This document shows positions 27,601 to 42,600 of a stretch of 64,000 nucleotides of DNA, one piece after another (within the stretch, counting starts at the first letter, position 1; each line of letters begins with the position of its first letter). The notes under the pieces are model-generated. The model was not told the origin of the DNA. It was given only the letters and a program-made list of their open reading frames with translations, and made no database searches. The position numbers were made by a program, and so were the translations under genes. Where the stretch lies: assembly GCA_030141605.1 (NCBI GenBank), contig JAQGDQ010000036.1, forward strand, positions 744,001-808,000, in the 5' to 3' direction. This DNA comes from Tubiluchus corallicola (taxonomy: Eukaryota; Animalia; Priapulida).

Positions 27601-30600
27601 TGAATGTAGATCCTAAACTGTTGGTTGGATAAACATATGCTAGCAGGCTTTGTTGATAATTATCTAGAAAATGTTATTTTCACTGACCAGTGATAATTGT
27701 CTGTTTGCTTTTTCTATTTTGCAGGTTCATCTCACAAGGCATGTCAGACGGGTTATTTCAGATGTTTGCACGGTGACAAATGTATTCCTAACAGCTGGGT
27801 TTGTGATCGTGATGATGACTGTTCTGATGGCAGTGATGAAGTTAGTTCGTGTGGTAAATACATCATAAACAGTCTTTTGATACCCCACTGATCCAATACT
27901 GCACGATTAATTTAATCTGCTTATCAGTGAATTTTCATACATGGAGCTCTAGAAAGATTTGTCTTAGAAATTTTATAATGCTACAGTCTTATAGTATGCA
28001 AAGTTTCGGTTTCAAGCAGCACAATATAAAATGTGAAAATGTAAGCCACTAGATGCAGATATTTTAATGATTGGTCATTTGTTCAAAAATTACACTAGCC
28101 TCTGTTAATACATTTATATTTTGCGAAAAGTGGGCAAAGTCAGAGAGCTAGTTGTACGCAATTGTGGATCCGCATTATGCATCTATATACTGTGAATAAA
28201 TTTTTAATAATAATTTTTTCTATTGCACTAATATATGCTATTGATCATTGACAAAATTATGCGAGTTAGTGATCATAAATTTCTTTTCTACAAACACCAA
28301 GGTTTTTAAACGAGTAAGAGTAACTGATTCAAAAGTCACGAAACAGCCATTCAATTTGAAATTTGTGAACATTTGAGATGACTTATATTCAAGATTTTTT
28401 CCAGGTGTTTTCGTATTTGCTTACTATTCAAATTTATCAACAATTGTGCAATAATAACTACCATTTGGTTATTTTTATTGTAGTGTATCCACCGTGTGGA
28501 GACAATAAATTTACTTGTAGAAATAATAAATGTATACTAAAATCGTGGGTATGTGATGGATGGGACGATTGTGGAGACATGTCCGACGAACTTAAATGTA
28601 AGTAGAATTTAAAGGCTTCTTGAAAAGTTGAATATTCTCTTCTCTATGTAAGTGTCACCAGTTTTAACAATCATTTTCGAAGTTGCCATTTTACCAACGT
28701 GTGAGTAAATCCACGCTGTACTTGGACCAGGATGTTAATTCCTAGAAGTGTTCAGGATGTTTACTTATTGTGAATAGTAACAATAAGAATGTTTGTGTGC
28801 TTTTGTGTGTTTTTTTAGTTTCAGGTATTTCATACATGAATTAAGTGACTGTTATCCTACATAAAAAAATTGTAAACCAAACTCTGTGCATAGAAGTCTC
28901 ATTAAAATAAAGCATTATATTAATTTTGTTTTTTTCCTGCTGTCTGTTTTTCGTGCATGTTGATAGAAGCTTACTTGTTCCGTATTCTGCTGATTTAGTG
29001 TCTCATCTATGTGGTTCTGCCGATTTAGGTCCGTTTCGCAGAAAGTGTTTTCCAGAAAACTTGCTTAACTAAGAACTATCAGAGAATCATTGAAAATGAT
29101 GCCATGTATCGATTACAGCAGACAGTCAGAATGTGCCGTATTTTTAGCGTGCTTAACTCATGTTGATATTTTTCCCGCACATAGCAACTCATTTTAGCGT
29201 TAAATTAGAATCAGTTTCAAAAGTGAGATTCTTAATCTCAATCATCTTAATCACACAAATAATCAGTTACCAGACTCGACATGCTTCACTTTGGTAGCGA
29301 ATCACACACCGTGATTACTCAGTATTGCATAGATGCAAAGACCAACACAATTCGCTACCTAATCGTTCCGACGTTACATACTTTCCATTTTTATTTATTT
29401 TATTTTATTCCACCTTCATTAAAATATGCACTAAAAATAGCTGTAAGACAATAGAAACATGAATGTGGGGAGAGACGTAAAGAGGAGACAAGCTGCTTAC
29501 ATACGCCCATTTATCAAAATTCAGAACTATTTTTGAAAAGTTTAGAACTGCCTGCAGTGACCAAAGGTGCGTCATTTACTGAACTGGATAAGGAATTCCA
29601 TACTTGCACAACACGGTTGGAAAAGGAAAACCTAAAACCTTCTTTATTCATTCTACAAATAGTCAGCTTTAGACTGTGGCTACTTTTTGTCCTGTCAGTG
29701 AGTGCTCTTGTAAAAAAAATTCAGGATCTAAATCAACATCCCTATGTATTTTTTGTAGGTGGCTAAAGTACTGAAGGTCTTTTGAAAATCAATATATGTT
29801 GCATCAAGATTTTTGCCCGTGTCGACAACAACCTCCCCGTCATATAGACATTCCATCATTTGAGTACAAATAGATTTCTTAGACAAAATAGATTTTACAA
29901 GATAAAAGATGTTCAGCTTTTATGTACTTTAAAATATCGTCAGCAATTATCATTTTCATTGTTCTACAACCAATACATGTCACCCTTAATGAGTTGATGA
30001 ATTTTATTGCCTTAACAAGTTCTTATCATATAATCGGCGTTAATCAACTCACATAGTTAAAATAAACTACTTTTTATTTCACATCATCTAACTGTGCTCT
30101 AAAAAGGATTTATTACTTTTTCCATGAATTTTATTTTCTGTGAAATAACGGGCTGAGAAAAAAATTTCTGGGAAATGGTTATTCTGGGAAAAATGGTTAT
30201 TTCTGGCACAAAAGTTTTCTGGGAAATGAGTCTACCTCGATTCTGCCACAAGCATCTAACATTAAGTAGCTACTGTCATTAAATGCTAGATCTGGCTACA
30301 CTATGCCAAAGTTATATAAAAAAAATAAATCAGTGTTCAGTGTTATTGATTGAAGCAAAGGTGTTAAACTGATCTTCCCATTGAAAACTGTGTAACACAA
30401 TTGTATAATTGTAATGGAAAAAATGTTTGCACGTAATCCTTAATATTTGGTTACTTGTTTGCTGAGCTATGTATGGCATGCTAGTTATTTAATATTAATA
30501 CTGTACCATTATTTTACTGTACCGTAGCGTATAATGCTATTAGCACTTCAATTGATTTCTGATAACTATTTTTTAATTCAATATTTTAGGATTACATCCT

Positions 30601-33600
30601 TTGTTAGCCACAAAATTCAATTTTAATTTTTACCTGTTAACTAATTTTCTTTTGAATTAACTGTGGCTACTAGGATGATAAAACAAAATCCAAGAAGAGA
30701 AACAACTGCTGCAGTGATTTCATGTATAAGTCTAAAGGATATTACTAATCAAGGCATCATACCTTTCATGGTTCTTTGAAAGTTTCCTGCAGTATTGTTC
30801 TGCTGTAGCTGCACAGCTCAGGAAAAAATACGTTACTATTTAATTATTCATTATTTTAGCATTTATGTTGGTTGCTTGGTTGCGTGACTTTGCAAACCAG
30901 TGAGAAACTCATTGGAAATGTTACAATAGATGTTGTACATGTGTAACCTATGTAGAACCTTTTTAACGATGAAGATATCAGGTGTTTTTACTTTGTGGAG
31001 TTTTTCCTTTTTTCAGCATACACACTGTTGCATAAAAGTAACTTATAGATTAAAATTGCTTATAAAGGTTTCGAAAAATATTATAAATACATATTGATTG
31101 GCTCTATATTACATGTTTATTGGCTTGAAATTTTAGGAATGCACATGAATAATTTAAACACTTTGTGGCTATAGTATTAAGGGGTAATATATGATCATTT
31201 TAAATCCCATAAAAAATTAGTGGCTGGAAATGAAAATAGTGAATTTTCTATTTGTACTGTATTGTATTTGAGCTTGGCCAACAAAAATGCTGTTTTATTA
31301 CACTTATAATAATAATAATTGTATCATAATTGTATTATCACAATTAGTAGGGAAAATTTTCTGGATTTACAGATCAGCGCTTATTTTAAATATTGGTGCA
31401 AGTAGTTTGGAGAACATTATTCAATATGAAATGAATATAAATCAAGTTATTGCATCTCGTAGTTATGCCGCTGTGTTTAAAAAAGCAAATATTCTCATAT
31501 TTGAGGTTTTAGTTCCTTTTTGTCAGTTGTGTTCATTGTTTTTAGATGAGTTCTGGCTTCAAGTAAAACTTTCTTTTATCTATCTGTCTATCTATATTCA
31601 CTTGTTTTGTTTAATGTCTTTTTTGAATTTATGGATTGTATCTATACTAATCGTTCTGTTTTTAAAATGTGTTTTGCAGGTGGTGACCTTACCTGTCCAA
31701 TAAATCAGTGGCCTTGCCCGTCAGATGGTACTTGTATCAATGTAACACAAGTGTGCAATTCAGCTAATGACTGTCCTAAAGGAGATGATGAAAAGAACTG
31801 TAGTAAGTGCCATAATTTTTAGCTTTATTAATTATTTTTAGATGGTTATCAGTTTGTTGGATTGTTGGGTTGTCAACAACAACAACAACCATCGTCATGA
31901 TGCTGCTTTTACTATCATCACCAGACCCTATCATCATAGTCACTGGCCTCCATATCTGTAATCATAAGAATAACTATTTACTTTTTAGTAAAGAATTATC
32001 AAGACCTGTTATTAACGAACTCGTGGTTTGCATTACTGTTTTATTTACCTGGCACTGCTATAAAGCTGCTATCATATGTACAATTCTTCATACTCAAGTG
32101 TTTTTCATTTTGTAGATTCTGTTGTTTTTGCATATGCTCAAAACATCTATTTTGCTTTAGGCAAATCGGAGTGCTCTAACTTATCCTGCGATAATGCGTG
32201 TATAGCATCACCTAAAGGTGGACTATGTACCTGTCAGCCTGGTTATCATATCAGTCCGATCAATCATAGAAGTTGTGTTGGTAGGAAGCTGCTTTAATTA
32301 TGTTGATATTTATTTTACTGTTGCTAGAATACTGTATATTGTAATACATTTTTGATTTGTTATTAGAGATTGTCATTATGTACAACAAGCAGGAAAATGC
32401 TACACAAGATTGTAAAATTCTTCGTAAATTTTTTGAAAGCAAACAGAAGCAGTAATATCTGAGATGTGATAATTACAAGACTAAAAATAATACAATAATA
32501 TTTTGAAACATTTTTTTGTAAACAGAACTGTAATTACAGATGCTAATGTGTTTTTTGGACAGTTAAAAAATATGAACAATATAACTAGTGGTGTCTTGTT
32601 TTTAGACCTGCAAATCTATATTAAATTGATAATAATTAGACCTACAATAATCATTTGTACCAAAGTATTCCCTCTTTATTTGTAAGATCAGCTTTTAAAC
32701 AAAAATATAAAAGCAGTAGTTGGTGTAAGAAATATTTTGCCGCCCTATTCTCATTTTTAATGACAACAATATTGAAATGTTGTTCCACAGAATTTATGCC
32801 ACAAAGTGTTCCTATTGCCTGTAATTGAAGTGCCCATGACCTTACTGACACACACTTGCAATAATCCTGTTTGATTGGTTACTCTTTGATAGGTTAGAAG
32901 CTGTTTTTATAACTACTACAAGTTTATAGACACGTACGGTTTGTCAGCTATATTCATGTATATATTATTATAGTAGTGTTTGTTGGACTTTTTTTGCAGA
33001 CATTAATGAATGTTATGAATGGGGTTATTGTGATCAGACCTGTACAAATTTGCCTGGATCTTACAAATGTGATTGTGTGGACGGGTATTCGCGGGACCAA
33101 AACTTTTGTAAAGTGACTTCCAGAAGTAAGTAACAGTTAGTTTTAGGTTTCAACACATCTAACTAGTTTACATTTTAGAGGTCCACTGACACCCTGGTAG
33201 GCATTTGCTGTCAAAATTCATTACTGACTAGGATGATACAAAAAAGTGGGTTTATTTCTTTTGTAAACATGCTTGTTTTTGATTCGGTTAATATTCGTTA
33301 AACACTTCAAATTTAGTGCCGCTCAGACATTTTGCTAAAAACAAAAAATCGAGGAAGAAAGTGGAAGTGACATCCCATAATGCATGACACAGCGCATGTG
33401 TGACTCTCTCTGTACATTTACATGTACTCAAAGCAGCTCGCCAGTAATGCAGAGACTGGAGTACTCGCTGAAGTATTTTTTAATATTAAGCTCAAGTCGT
33501 AGCTTTGTCTGTACTATATTTTATAGTTGAAAATATTAGTAACGAGGTACAACATGTAAAAGTTTTAGTGTGACATCACTGGTATTCCGTGCCAGGCTTT

Positions 33601-36600
33601 TTTGTTGTTGCAGCTAATTTTCTGTTTTCTGATCATTTATGCTTTATAAATGTCTCCCTACAAGTTATCTTTTGCCCTGATGTGCCATTCAGACAATGTT
33701 TCTGACAAAGAGTGGTCTTTTTTATGTTTTCCAGCATATAAAATTGTAAAAATAACAGTGGATTCTTAGGTACGATTGACAGTAAGGCAGTAGTGTCGGA
33801 TTTTGTTCCCTGAACTTTACCGACGTTTTGAACCTGTGCAGACCGGGTATACTATTTGACACTTTGTGAGGTTCAAAAGTAAAAGAAAACAGAAAACTAA
33901 AAAGAAATACCTTTCAGACATTTTTTTCTAAAGGGTGGTTACCATTAGAATCTGGAGTTTCTTTTAAATTGGTAGGGTTGAAAGGTCTTACTGCTTACCT
34001 AGACTAAATATAGTTTTCATGAAATTTAGTTACAAGGATTTATTATTACCTTAATTACTGTACATCTAACCCAAAGTAGTGGCTAGCAGCTTACTTGAAG
34101 CATGATTTAATTTGCGAGAGTACTCAGCACACCTATTGTTCATATAGCCTACACACAGTTTAAATAGTTCAGTAACATCATACTGCTCTGTATTCTGTGT
34201 TTATTACTACAAATTTGCTGTTCCTTGCAGGTTTGTAAATTAAAGACTGATTCTTATAAGTTTATTTGCTATAAATAAATAAAAACTATTGTAAAAACGT
34301 TTTTATTAATAGATAAATCATTACTCAGCAATAACCACTCTGTTTAGTGTTCACAGTACTTAGCTTGCTGGGGCCGCTGGTTATCTACTGTACTGCGGCT
34401 ATTAAATGCCTCTTCCTTACGTGACATCATAGCACTGAGTGTCATGACGGGTGATAATATTTGTTACAGTACCAACGGTGCTTAATTTAAGCTGCCATAT
34501 TACATAAAAGTATGCTTCAGAACTGTTTTAAAAATTAGGAAATGCATAATTCTGCCTACGCTATAAAAGAAACCAACATAAAAAAGAGTGCCTTAGAACC
34601 TTTAACACTTTCAGCTTGATTAGCTGGCACCACTACTCATCAGGTATAATTATCTGAAAGCTAGAATGGTACTTTAAAATTTCTGAACCAGATCAAAATT
34701 TAAAATTTTACTATTGGTTTCTGGTTTTTTAAAAAGCTATATTATGAGCCTTCAAAGTGATAAATTCCCGGTATTTTTTTACAAAAGAAACCTAGTTTAC
34801 TTTCAGCTCAGTTCAAACATAATTAATTGTGTCTTTGATTTGCTAATTAGCTGCATTATCATCCCATTATCTTGCTGAGAATAGTAAATTATTAAATTAT
34901 TTGTTTATCTGCAATCGTTCATTTTTTCAGAAATTCAACCGAGATTGATATTTTCACGAAGAAAAACTATATTGTCTATAGATAGGAATGCTATGGATGT
35001 TAAAATAATTGCTGATAATCAAACTTATGCAGTTGGTGTAGATTATCATTTTGCACTGGGAAGAGTATTTTTTACTGATTATGACCAGAAAAAGGTAAAG
35101 CAAATATTGTTTAGACACGATTATTTAAAAATTGCTTGTAATTAATGCTGTTTTGTTTTATTGTCTGCAAACCTAGGAGACAGTGAGAAATTTTGAAATG
35201 GCAAAAACTGTTATATGCAATTGAAACCAATTTCATGATATGAAATTGATAGGAGTTTTTGGAACCTAGTTGTCATGCATACTGCATAGTCCATACTTCC
35301 TTGTTGTCTGCAACACATTATTAAAAGTTTATTCTTGCAATGCTGACAATTTTGAATTTTGATCAAGTAGGTGTGTAAACGATTCACCGAATACCACATT
35401 GCTCAGAACACCTTGTATGAATGAACTTTGTTTGATGATTTGTTTATGTTTTTAAGAAAAACTGCAAAGGTACAAAGGTAGCAATTTGATAAATTACACA
35501 TTTCTGTTATTGTTCATTATTGGAAAATGTGAAATTTTATTGTTGTGAAAGTGAACAAAGAAACAACTTTATTTAATATTTTATCACTTAATTCATCAGT
35601 TACATTTTTCGATGTATTCTTCTCTAATTATGGCCATGAAGAAGACAAGATGACTATTTGATGCTGTGTGTAATTAGGAATATTTAATTACTTTAAATGT
35701 AACTTTCCTTATATGTGATTTTTGTTTCAGATCTTTTCTGTCAATATAGATGGGACCAATAAAACTGAGATTATTTCTGTTGGACTGCAAAATCCTGTTG
35801 GTCTTGCTGTTGATTGGGTTGGCAACAAGCTATATTTTACAGACAGAACAGGTGAAGTTTTCATGAATTAAGAGAACAAATGAATTTTTGAAAATTTAAC
35901 TAGTTTGGAACATAGTTGCATGGTGTTCCAGCACTAATTCCACATTTCTTTTATAAAATTTTATAAAATGTTTAAAATTGTTTTCTTTTGTAATTTAGGC
36001 AAAAGAATTGAAGTGGCTGAACTAGATGGTAGATATCGATCTGTTCTTGTAAAAGGTTTGAATGGTCCGATGGATGTTGCTGTTGATCCGAGTGTTGGGT
36101 GAGCCTGATTTTTGTTTTCAATTTTCAGAGCTGTAATGCTTGTTTAGGCTATATATATATATATGTACGTATGTATGTATGTATGTATATGTATGTATGT
36201 ATATATATATATACATCATATATATATATTCTATATATATATATAGAATCAATAACTGATTCTCTTGGGGCACACTCCATTGTCTTCCGAGATAGAAGGA
36301 TGCCAACAAACACACACATATATATATATATATACAGTGTGGGCATCCCGTAAGCCTACAGCACCTGGTATTCCTAGGCAGTCCCCCATCCAAGTACTAA
36401 CCAGGCTCTATGTTGCCTAACTTCAGTGATCAGACGAGAACCGGTGTTTTCAACGTGATATGGCCGTAGGCCATGTATATATATATATATGTGTGTGTGT
36501 GTATTTCATTGGCTGACTGCAATATTATCCTGTTAATCAATTGCTTTTATCATTTATTAGAATCATTTCTTGTAACCCATTCAATCATTCAAAAGCTTTT

Positions 36601-39600
36601 ATCTATAAATACGAATTTATAAGTTACTTGCTTTTTATCAGGTATCTATTCTATTGTGATCGAGGAAAGAATAATGGAAGTATTTGGCGTTCAAGCATGG
36701 ATGGATCCGATCAACAATTACTGGAAGGAGACAACATTGTCTATGCTAGTAGCATTACCCTGGATTATGTTACTAAGCGTATCTTTTGGGTTGACAACAA
36801 AATAGATTACTTAAGTAGCATTACTTACAATGGAGAGAACAGGTTAGTGAGGCTTGTAAACATTTTTTTGCTTTTTGGTGATTATATTTTTCCTTTTTTA
36901 TTATGTTTTTGGTAGTGTTTATGAACATTGATTCATGAAATTTGTGGTTTGAGTGCTGGGTTTTATTATGCTCAGATTTCAATAATCTAGTCTTACTTAG
37001 TGCTGCGCAATGACTTTCTAGGCAAGTAATTGTTAGCAATGGTCTGTATATACCGCATCCATTTGGGGTTGCTACATTTGAAAACAAACTGTATTGGACG
37101 GATTGGACCAGACTTGGGGTACTTGAAGTGGAAAGATTTGGAGGTGCTGCTAGTATACGAAATGTCACACTTGATCCAGCAAGTCATGTTAAACCAATGG
37201 GAATCGTCTCATATCATAGCCTGCGACAAATGCCTGGTTAGTATATATAATCTTTACCAAATAAATTTTATTTTGAAGATATATTTTCACTGGTACATAA
37301 GTACCATTTTGACTTATTGTCAGTAGAATCATTTTAGGTAAGTAACTGTTGCAGGTGATAATCCATGTGGATCTGACAATGGGGGATGTGCTCAGCTTTG
37401 TGTGCTCAGCCGAGGCAATGGAAGGAATTCTGCAACAATTGGCTACAAGTGCATGTGTGGTATTGGGTATCGTCTAGGCACTGATGAGAAAACTTGCATG
37501 CGTAAGTTAATAATTACACGAAAGTAATGTTTTTTAAGCATTCTGTTCTATAAATGCTTGCAGAGTTATTTATAAATTGCTTTATATGGGCTGTTTGTTA
37601 GTAACTACGATCAGAGTTGTTAACCTGAAAATGGTTTCATTTTACTTGTGTGTTACAGAGGAAACAGAATTTCTAGTGTTTTCTACACAGACTACTGTGA
37701 ATGGGATCAGTCTGCCTAGAGGCAGAGAGGTCAGCTCTAGTACCATTATGATGCCCATTAGCAGTGCATATTCCAACTATGCAGCACTTGATGTTGATGT
37801 GCGAAACAAGTGGATTTATTATGCAGATACATTGACAGATGTTGTTCACAGGATACATCCCGACGGAACAGGTAATTCATCGACACTTTTGGCATGGATA
37901 ATTTTTACTTAATGAAACTATTAATATATTTCTATCTATGTATATTTTAACTGTATATTTTATTATCAAAAGCCTGTTGAGAGAATTGCATAACCCTTGG
38001 AAGTACAAACTTAACTAATGCTTTATTTACAAGCAAAGTTTACTCTTAATTTAATATGACGACACTACCACTCTGCATTTTTGCTACTTTTCCGTTACTT
38101 ACATTGCTTGTTGCAAGTTTGCTATTTGCTTTTCATTATTTAGTCTATATGCACTTTCTTATTTGGTACTACTTGGTATAGTTGGTATGAGCTATCCATA
38201 GCAAGTCCTTAAATAACCTTGTTAACAAATAAATTTCCAACTGTTATTTTTAGGACGGCAAAATGTGACCATGTCTCAGATTCGCAGTGTGGAAGGAATG
38301 GCTGTTGATTGGGCATCACAGAACCTGTACTTTACAGATCGTTACCATTCCACGCTCACCGTCATTCGTCTCTCCAATTTTACTCAGCGCGCTGTTCTTA
38401 TGTCTAAGATGAAAAAACCAAGAGCACTTGTCGTGCATCCAAATGAAGGGTATGATCAGATCTTTTTAAAATTAAATTATGACACCTTAAAATTTAAATG
38501 CCTATGCTAAGACTAGCAAAAGCTGTCAGCCCTTGGCAAACTATGTCGTAACATCGTAATTTACATTGTTTAAAGCTGATATATTATTTTAGTGTTACCT
38601 TGTTGTGTTTTTGTGTTTGAATTTTAGCATTTTGTTTTTCTCTGAATGGGAGCGACCAGCCAACATTTCTCGTGCTGACATGGATGGCAAAAACAAAATA
38701 GTAATTCGCAGTCGAGAGCTGGGTTGGCCTAATGGGCTAAGCATCGACTTTTTACAAAAGCGTTTATATTGGTGTGATGCTCAGCTGGACAGGATACAAC
38801 ATTCAAATTTCGATGGATCTGATGTAAAGACTTTGCAGCTCAAAGTTGTCCACCCATTTTCTCTTGTTGTGTACAAAGGTATATGTCACCATTCTTAAAT
38901 ATAGTACATTTATCACTTGTACAGTTTTAACTATTTTTATTATGATTATATGTTGTATTGGGTTTAGTATTTAAATATGACTGTAAGACTGGCTAAGATG
39001 CTCAAAACACTGTTATAAGGTTGGTAATTTTGAATGTCCCTGTTGTTTCTTGTGCGGTCATGTTCTTCAATTGTATTTAGTTCTTGCGTAACATTTTGCA
39101 CATTTTGTAGAATTTCTGTTCTTCACTGATTGGAGGCTGCAAGGCTTGTTGCGGGTGGATAAACTGACGGGATTCGGTCTACTTAAAGTTTACAATGAAA
39201 CTAAAGAAAGGCTTTTTGGTGCTAAAGTATACAGTATTGATCAGCAGCCCATACAGAGTAAGTCCTTTAGTTGATTCATGGTAAAACTGTAGCTGCTTAA
39301 TAATCAGTTATTACTAAACTGTTTGGGCGAAACCTGCTACTGTTCTTCAGTTTTTTTTATTAAATAAATTAATATTTATTAAAATTCTTAATGTTTAACC
39401 ATTTGCAGAATTGTTATAGTTGATTACATTTACTTATAGCTCACCATCCGTGTAGCGTTAACAATGGTGGCTGCACTCATTTTTGCTTTCCTGTCCCTGC
39501 TGGGAAGCATATGGGCATTCAGGCCAGGTGTGGTTGTCCTACTGGTATGTTACTAGACCACCATGCAGGAAACAAGACTTGTTCACCTGATCCAAATTAT

Positions 39601-42600
39601 AAGCCAGAGCCAGTGTGTTCTCTTTGGCAGTTCGAGTGTGATAACGGCAGGTGTATTAGCTTTTATTACAAGTGTGATGGTGATGATGATTGTTATGACA
39701 ACAGCGATGAGAAGAATTGTACAGGTGAGTCTTGTAAGAATTTGCCATGATTAGGTTTCATATAGTAATCTGTAATCTGCTTTACTATCTTTCATGTAAT
39801 ATACAAGTTATTTGATTATATTTTTTCTAATATTAAACAAAAAATAAAAATTCTTAATTTATAATTTGATTTTTTGTATCATTGCACAGTGCATCACCAG
39901 TTACCGCAAGGGCATTTGTTCTGTATTGGTTATTGGTGTGTCATGAGTAAGTTTTAGAAATAGTGTGTTCATCCCATGCTTTTGCTTCTATCTTAGACCT
40001 ATTATTTTATAACTGAAATTATTTTTATTGGGTTTGTGCTGCTTACTAGATGTGCAAAGTCATATTTTGTGGAGGCCACATATGGTGCGTGTGGATACTG
40101 AAGGTTTTGAATTTTGTAATAGTTTTGGATGCATGTAAAATTTTTAGAGGTGTAGCTTGTGACATTTTTATAAAAGTGCTGTTGTGAAGTCGTGAATTTT
40201 ACCAGCTATTATTCTTGTTGATATAACTTTTATTAGAAAGCGCATATACAAATTGTGCAGTGTTGTGCATTTTATAAAAATTAATTGCATTCTTTGCTAT
40301 CTTTTTCATATTAGCATATTTTTCAAAGAATGCATAACTAGCTTTATTCACGTACAGTAAGTCCTCGCTTAACAACATTAATGTGTTCCAGCAAAATGCG
40401 ACCTTAAAGGAAAGGTTATATGAAACAATGTGTTCCATGGAAAATAATGTAAAAGCATTCATTTGGATCAGTAATGCTTGGCCTAGTAAGAGTGCTCACT
40501 AAGTTGCAGGACAAAAATCAATAATGCATGGCTACCTAAAGTTACCTACCTTGCCTTGAAAAAATTAATAATGCTTGGCTCATAAGATAAGCACTCCATG
40601 ACTTTATTCCTTACAGTTTTTAACTAAAAGTTAAACACAACTGAAGTTTGCAATGAAAATTAAAATTTGAAACATAGACTTTCTTTCTTGCATATGTGTA
40701 TCTTCCTCTGATTTATCCACATGTGTCATTTCTTCCTCTTTCTTGTTTGTCTGTGTTTGTTTTTTAGAAAAAATTAATTGTTTGTTTCGTAGACTCTTTT
40801 TTTCGCTAAAACTTCAACACTGTAAAGCATTATCAACATCATGCTTCATTTCTGAACTTCACTCTGTATCCGTATTATTTTAACAAAAAAATTTCACTCC
40901 AGCATCAATACTGTATTTGGAAAGCTTCATGCATGTGTTTGAGGCTAACCATTTCTGTTTAACACACCTGAGAAATATTTCTAGCGTTATTGTTTTTCCA
41001 ATAATGTAAAAGCATGGAAAGTGGAAGCAGTTATAATTAATCCAGTAATGTAACATGAGAGATTTTTATCAGAGGAATTTTATTTCTAGGCAGATGGGAA
41101 AGTACTGCCAATTAGCAAGTTGTCAGCAGTGAAACATTGCTTCCTGCCTTTGTCTGATTAGTAGGGCAAATTATTACTAGGGTGATTTCTTCTAAAAGCT
41201 TTTCATAAAACAGTACTTGAAGGCCAAAAAACCATCTTTAAAATAAAACATGCATCGTTAAATGAATAAAAGGTGTCAAAAGATCAAGATCATTAAAATG
41301 AAACCATTAAATAATGTGTCATTAAGAGAAGACTTACTCTACGTAGTTATAATTTTATGGTGCAGTTGCTTTTCAGCCTATATCGTATCGTACAGCTTTT
41401 TTAATTGGTTTTTGTAGCGCACCATTATAAACTGCTAGAAATGTGCATTTCAGAAATCACCTGCTCATCTACACAATTTAAATGTGAGGATGGACGCAAA
41501 TGTATTAGTCAATCATCCGTTTGTGATAATCGAAATGATTGTTCAGATGGATCAGATGAAAAGAACTGCCGTAAGTCTTGTATTGTTCTTTTCCATTTAA
41601 TTAATTTATTAGTTTACTACATAAAAAGTACAATTTGATGCGGTGTTCAATAATTTATTAAATTAATGCTTTTAAAGGTAGTTAAATGTATAAGTATAGT
41701 ATGGTTTGTTGAAAAATAAAGTAGATTTATCATGAAGAATAAGTTTCATCATGAAAAAATATCACTGAGAAAATGTAATTAAGCTGACTATTTATAATTT
41801 TGTGGTAAATTAGCATTGTTAATTGAGAAACAAAAGATAACTCATGATTTTTCATGTAATCATTTTAGCAAACAAAACATGTTCTGGCGAACAGTATCAG
41901 TGCACGAATGGCAACTGTGTGCCACAGTCATGGTTGTGTGACACTGAGAATGACTGCAAGGATGGTAGTGATGAAGGCATTTTTTGTCGTAAGTGTTACT
42001 TTCACTTATCGCAATGTTTCTGATGACTTAATATTTTGCTAGTTTTCACTTTTTTGTTTTCTAAATATTGTTTTACCACACAAGAGGTTCACACTAACTT
42101 GATATGAATTTGTGGTTTAGGCAATCACACTTGCAAGTCAACTCAGTTTGTTTGCGATAATGGCCGATGCATTAATAGAGTTTGGCTGTGTGATGGGGAC
42201 AATGATTGCTATGACAAAAGGTGAGGATTCTTGAAATAGGTTAATTCTGCAACTGCTTACTTTGTCCTACGATGCTGAAGTTTTTGTTTTCTGTGGAATG
42301 TTAAAGCATTTAGTGATTAGTCTTTAAGTTTTTCAAGGCTTGTTTCGCTATACTGCATTTCTGTTGCTTTGTTTACAGTGACGAGAAAAAATGTCCTCCA
42401 GTTACCTGTAGATCGTATGAGTTTACGTGTGCTGATTTGAAACAGTGTGTATCACTCACAGTAAGATGCGATGGCCACAATGATTGCAATGATGGCTCAG
42501 ATGAAGTCGGGTGTCGTAAGTTTTGTGTTAAAAGTTTGTTGTGTTTACTGTAGTAAATTGAAAAATGAACTTTCAATATCTTACATACGCTGGAAAAGAA

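Noticed and set aside
36099-36393. Y/I-rich ORFs on both strands
   Set aside because: They are translations of TA/TATG microsatellites.
37331-37354. ttttagGTAAGT juxtaposed acceptor/donor (recursive splice site or microexon)
   Set aside because: It sits in a 118-nt intron only 17 nt from the true acceptor; using it gives an immediate stop or an impossibly short intron.
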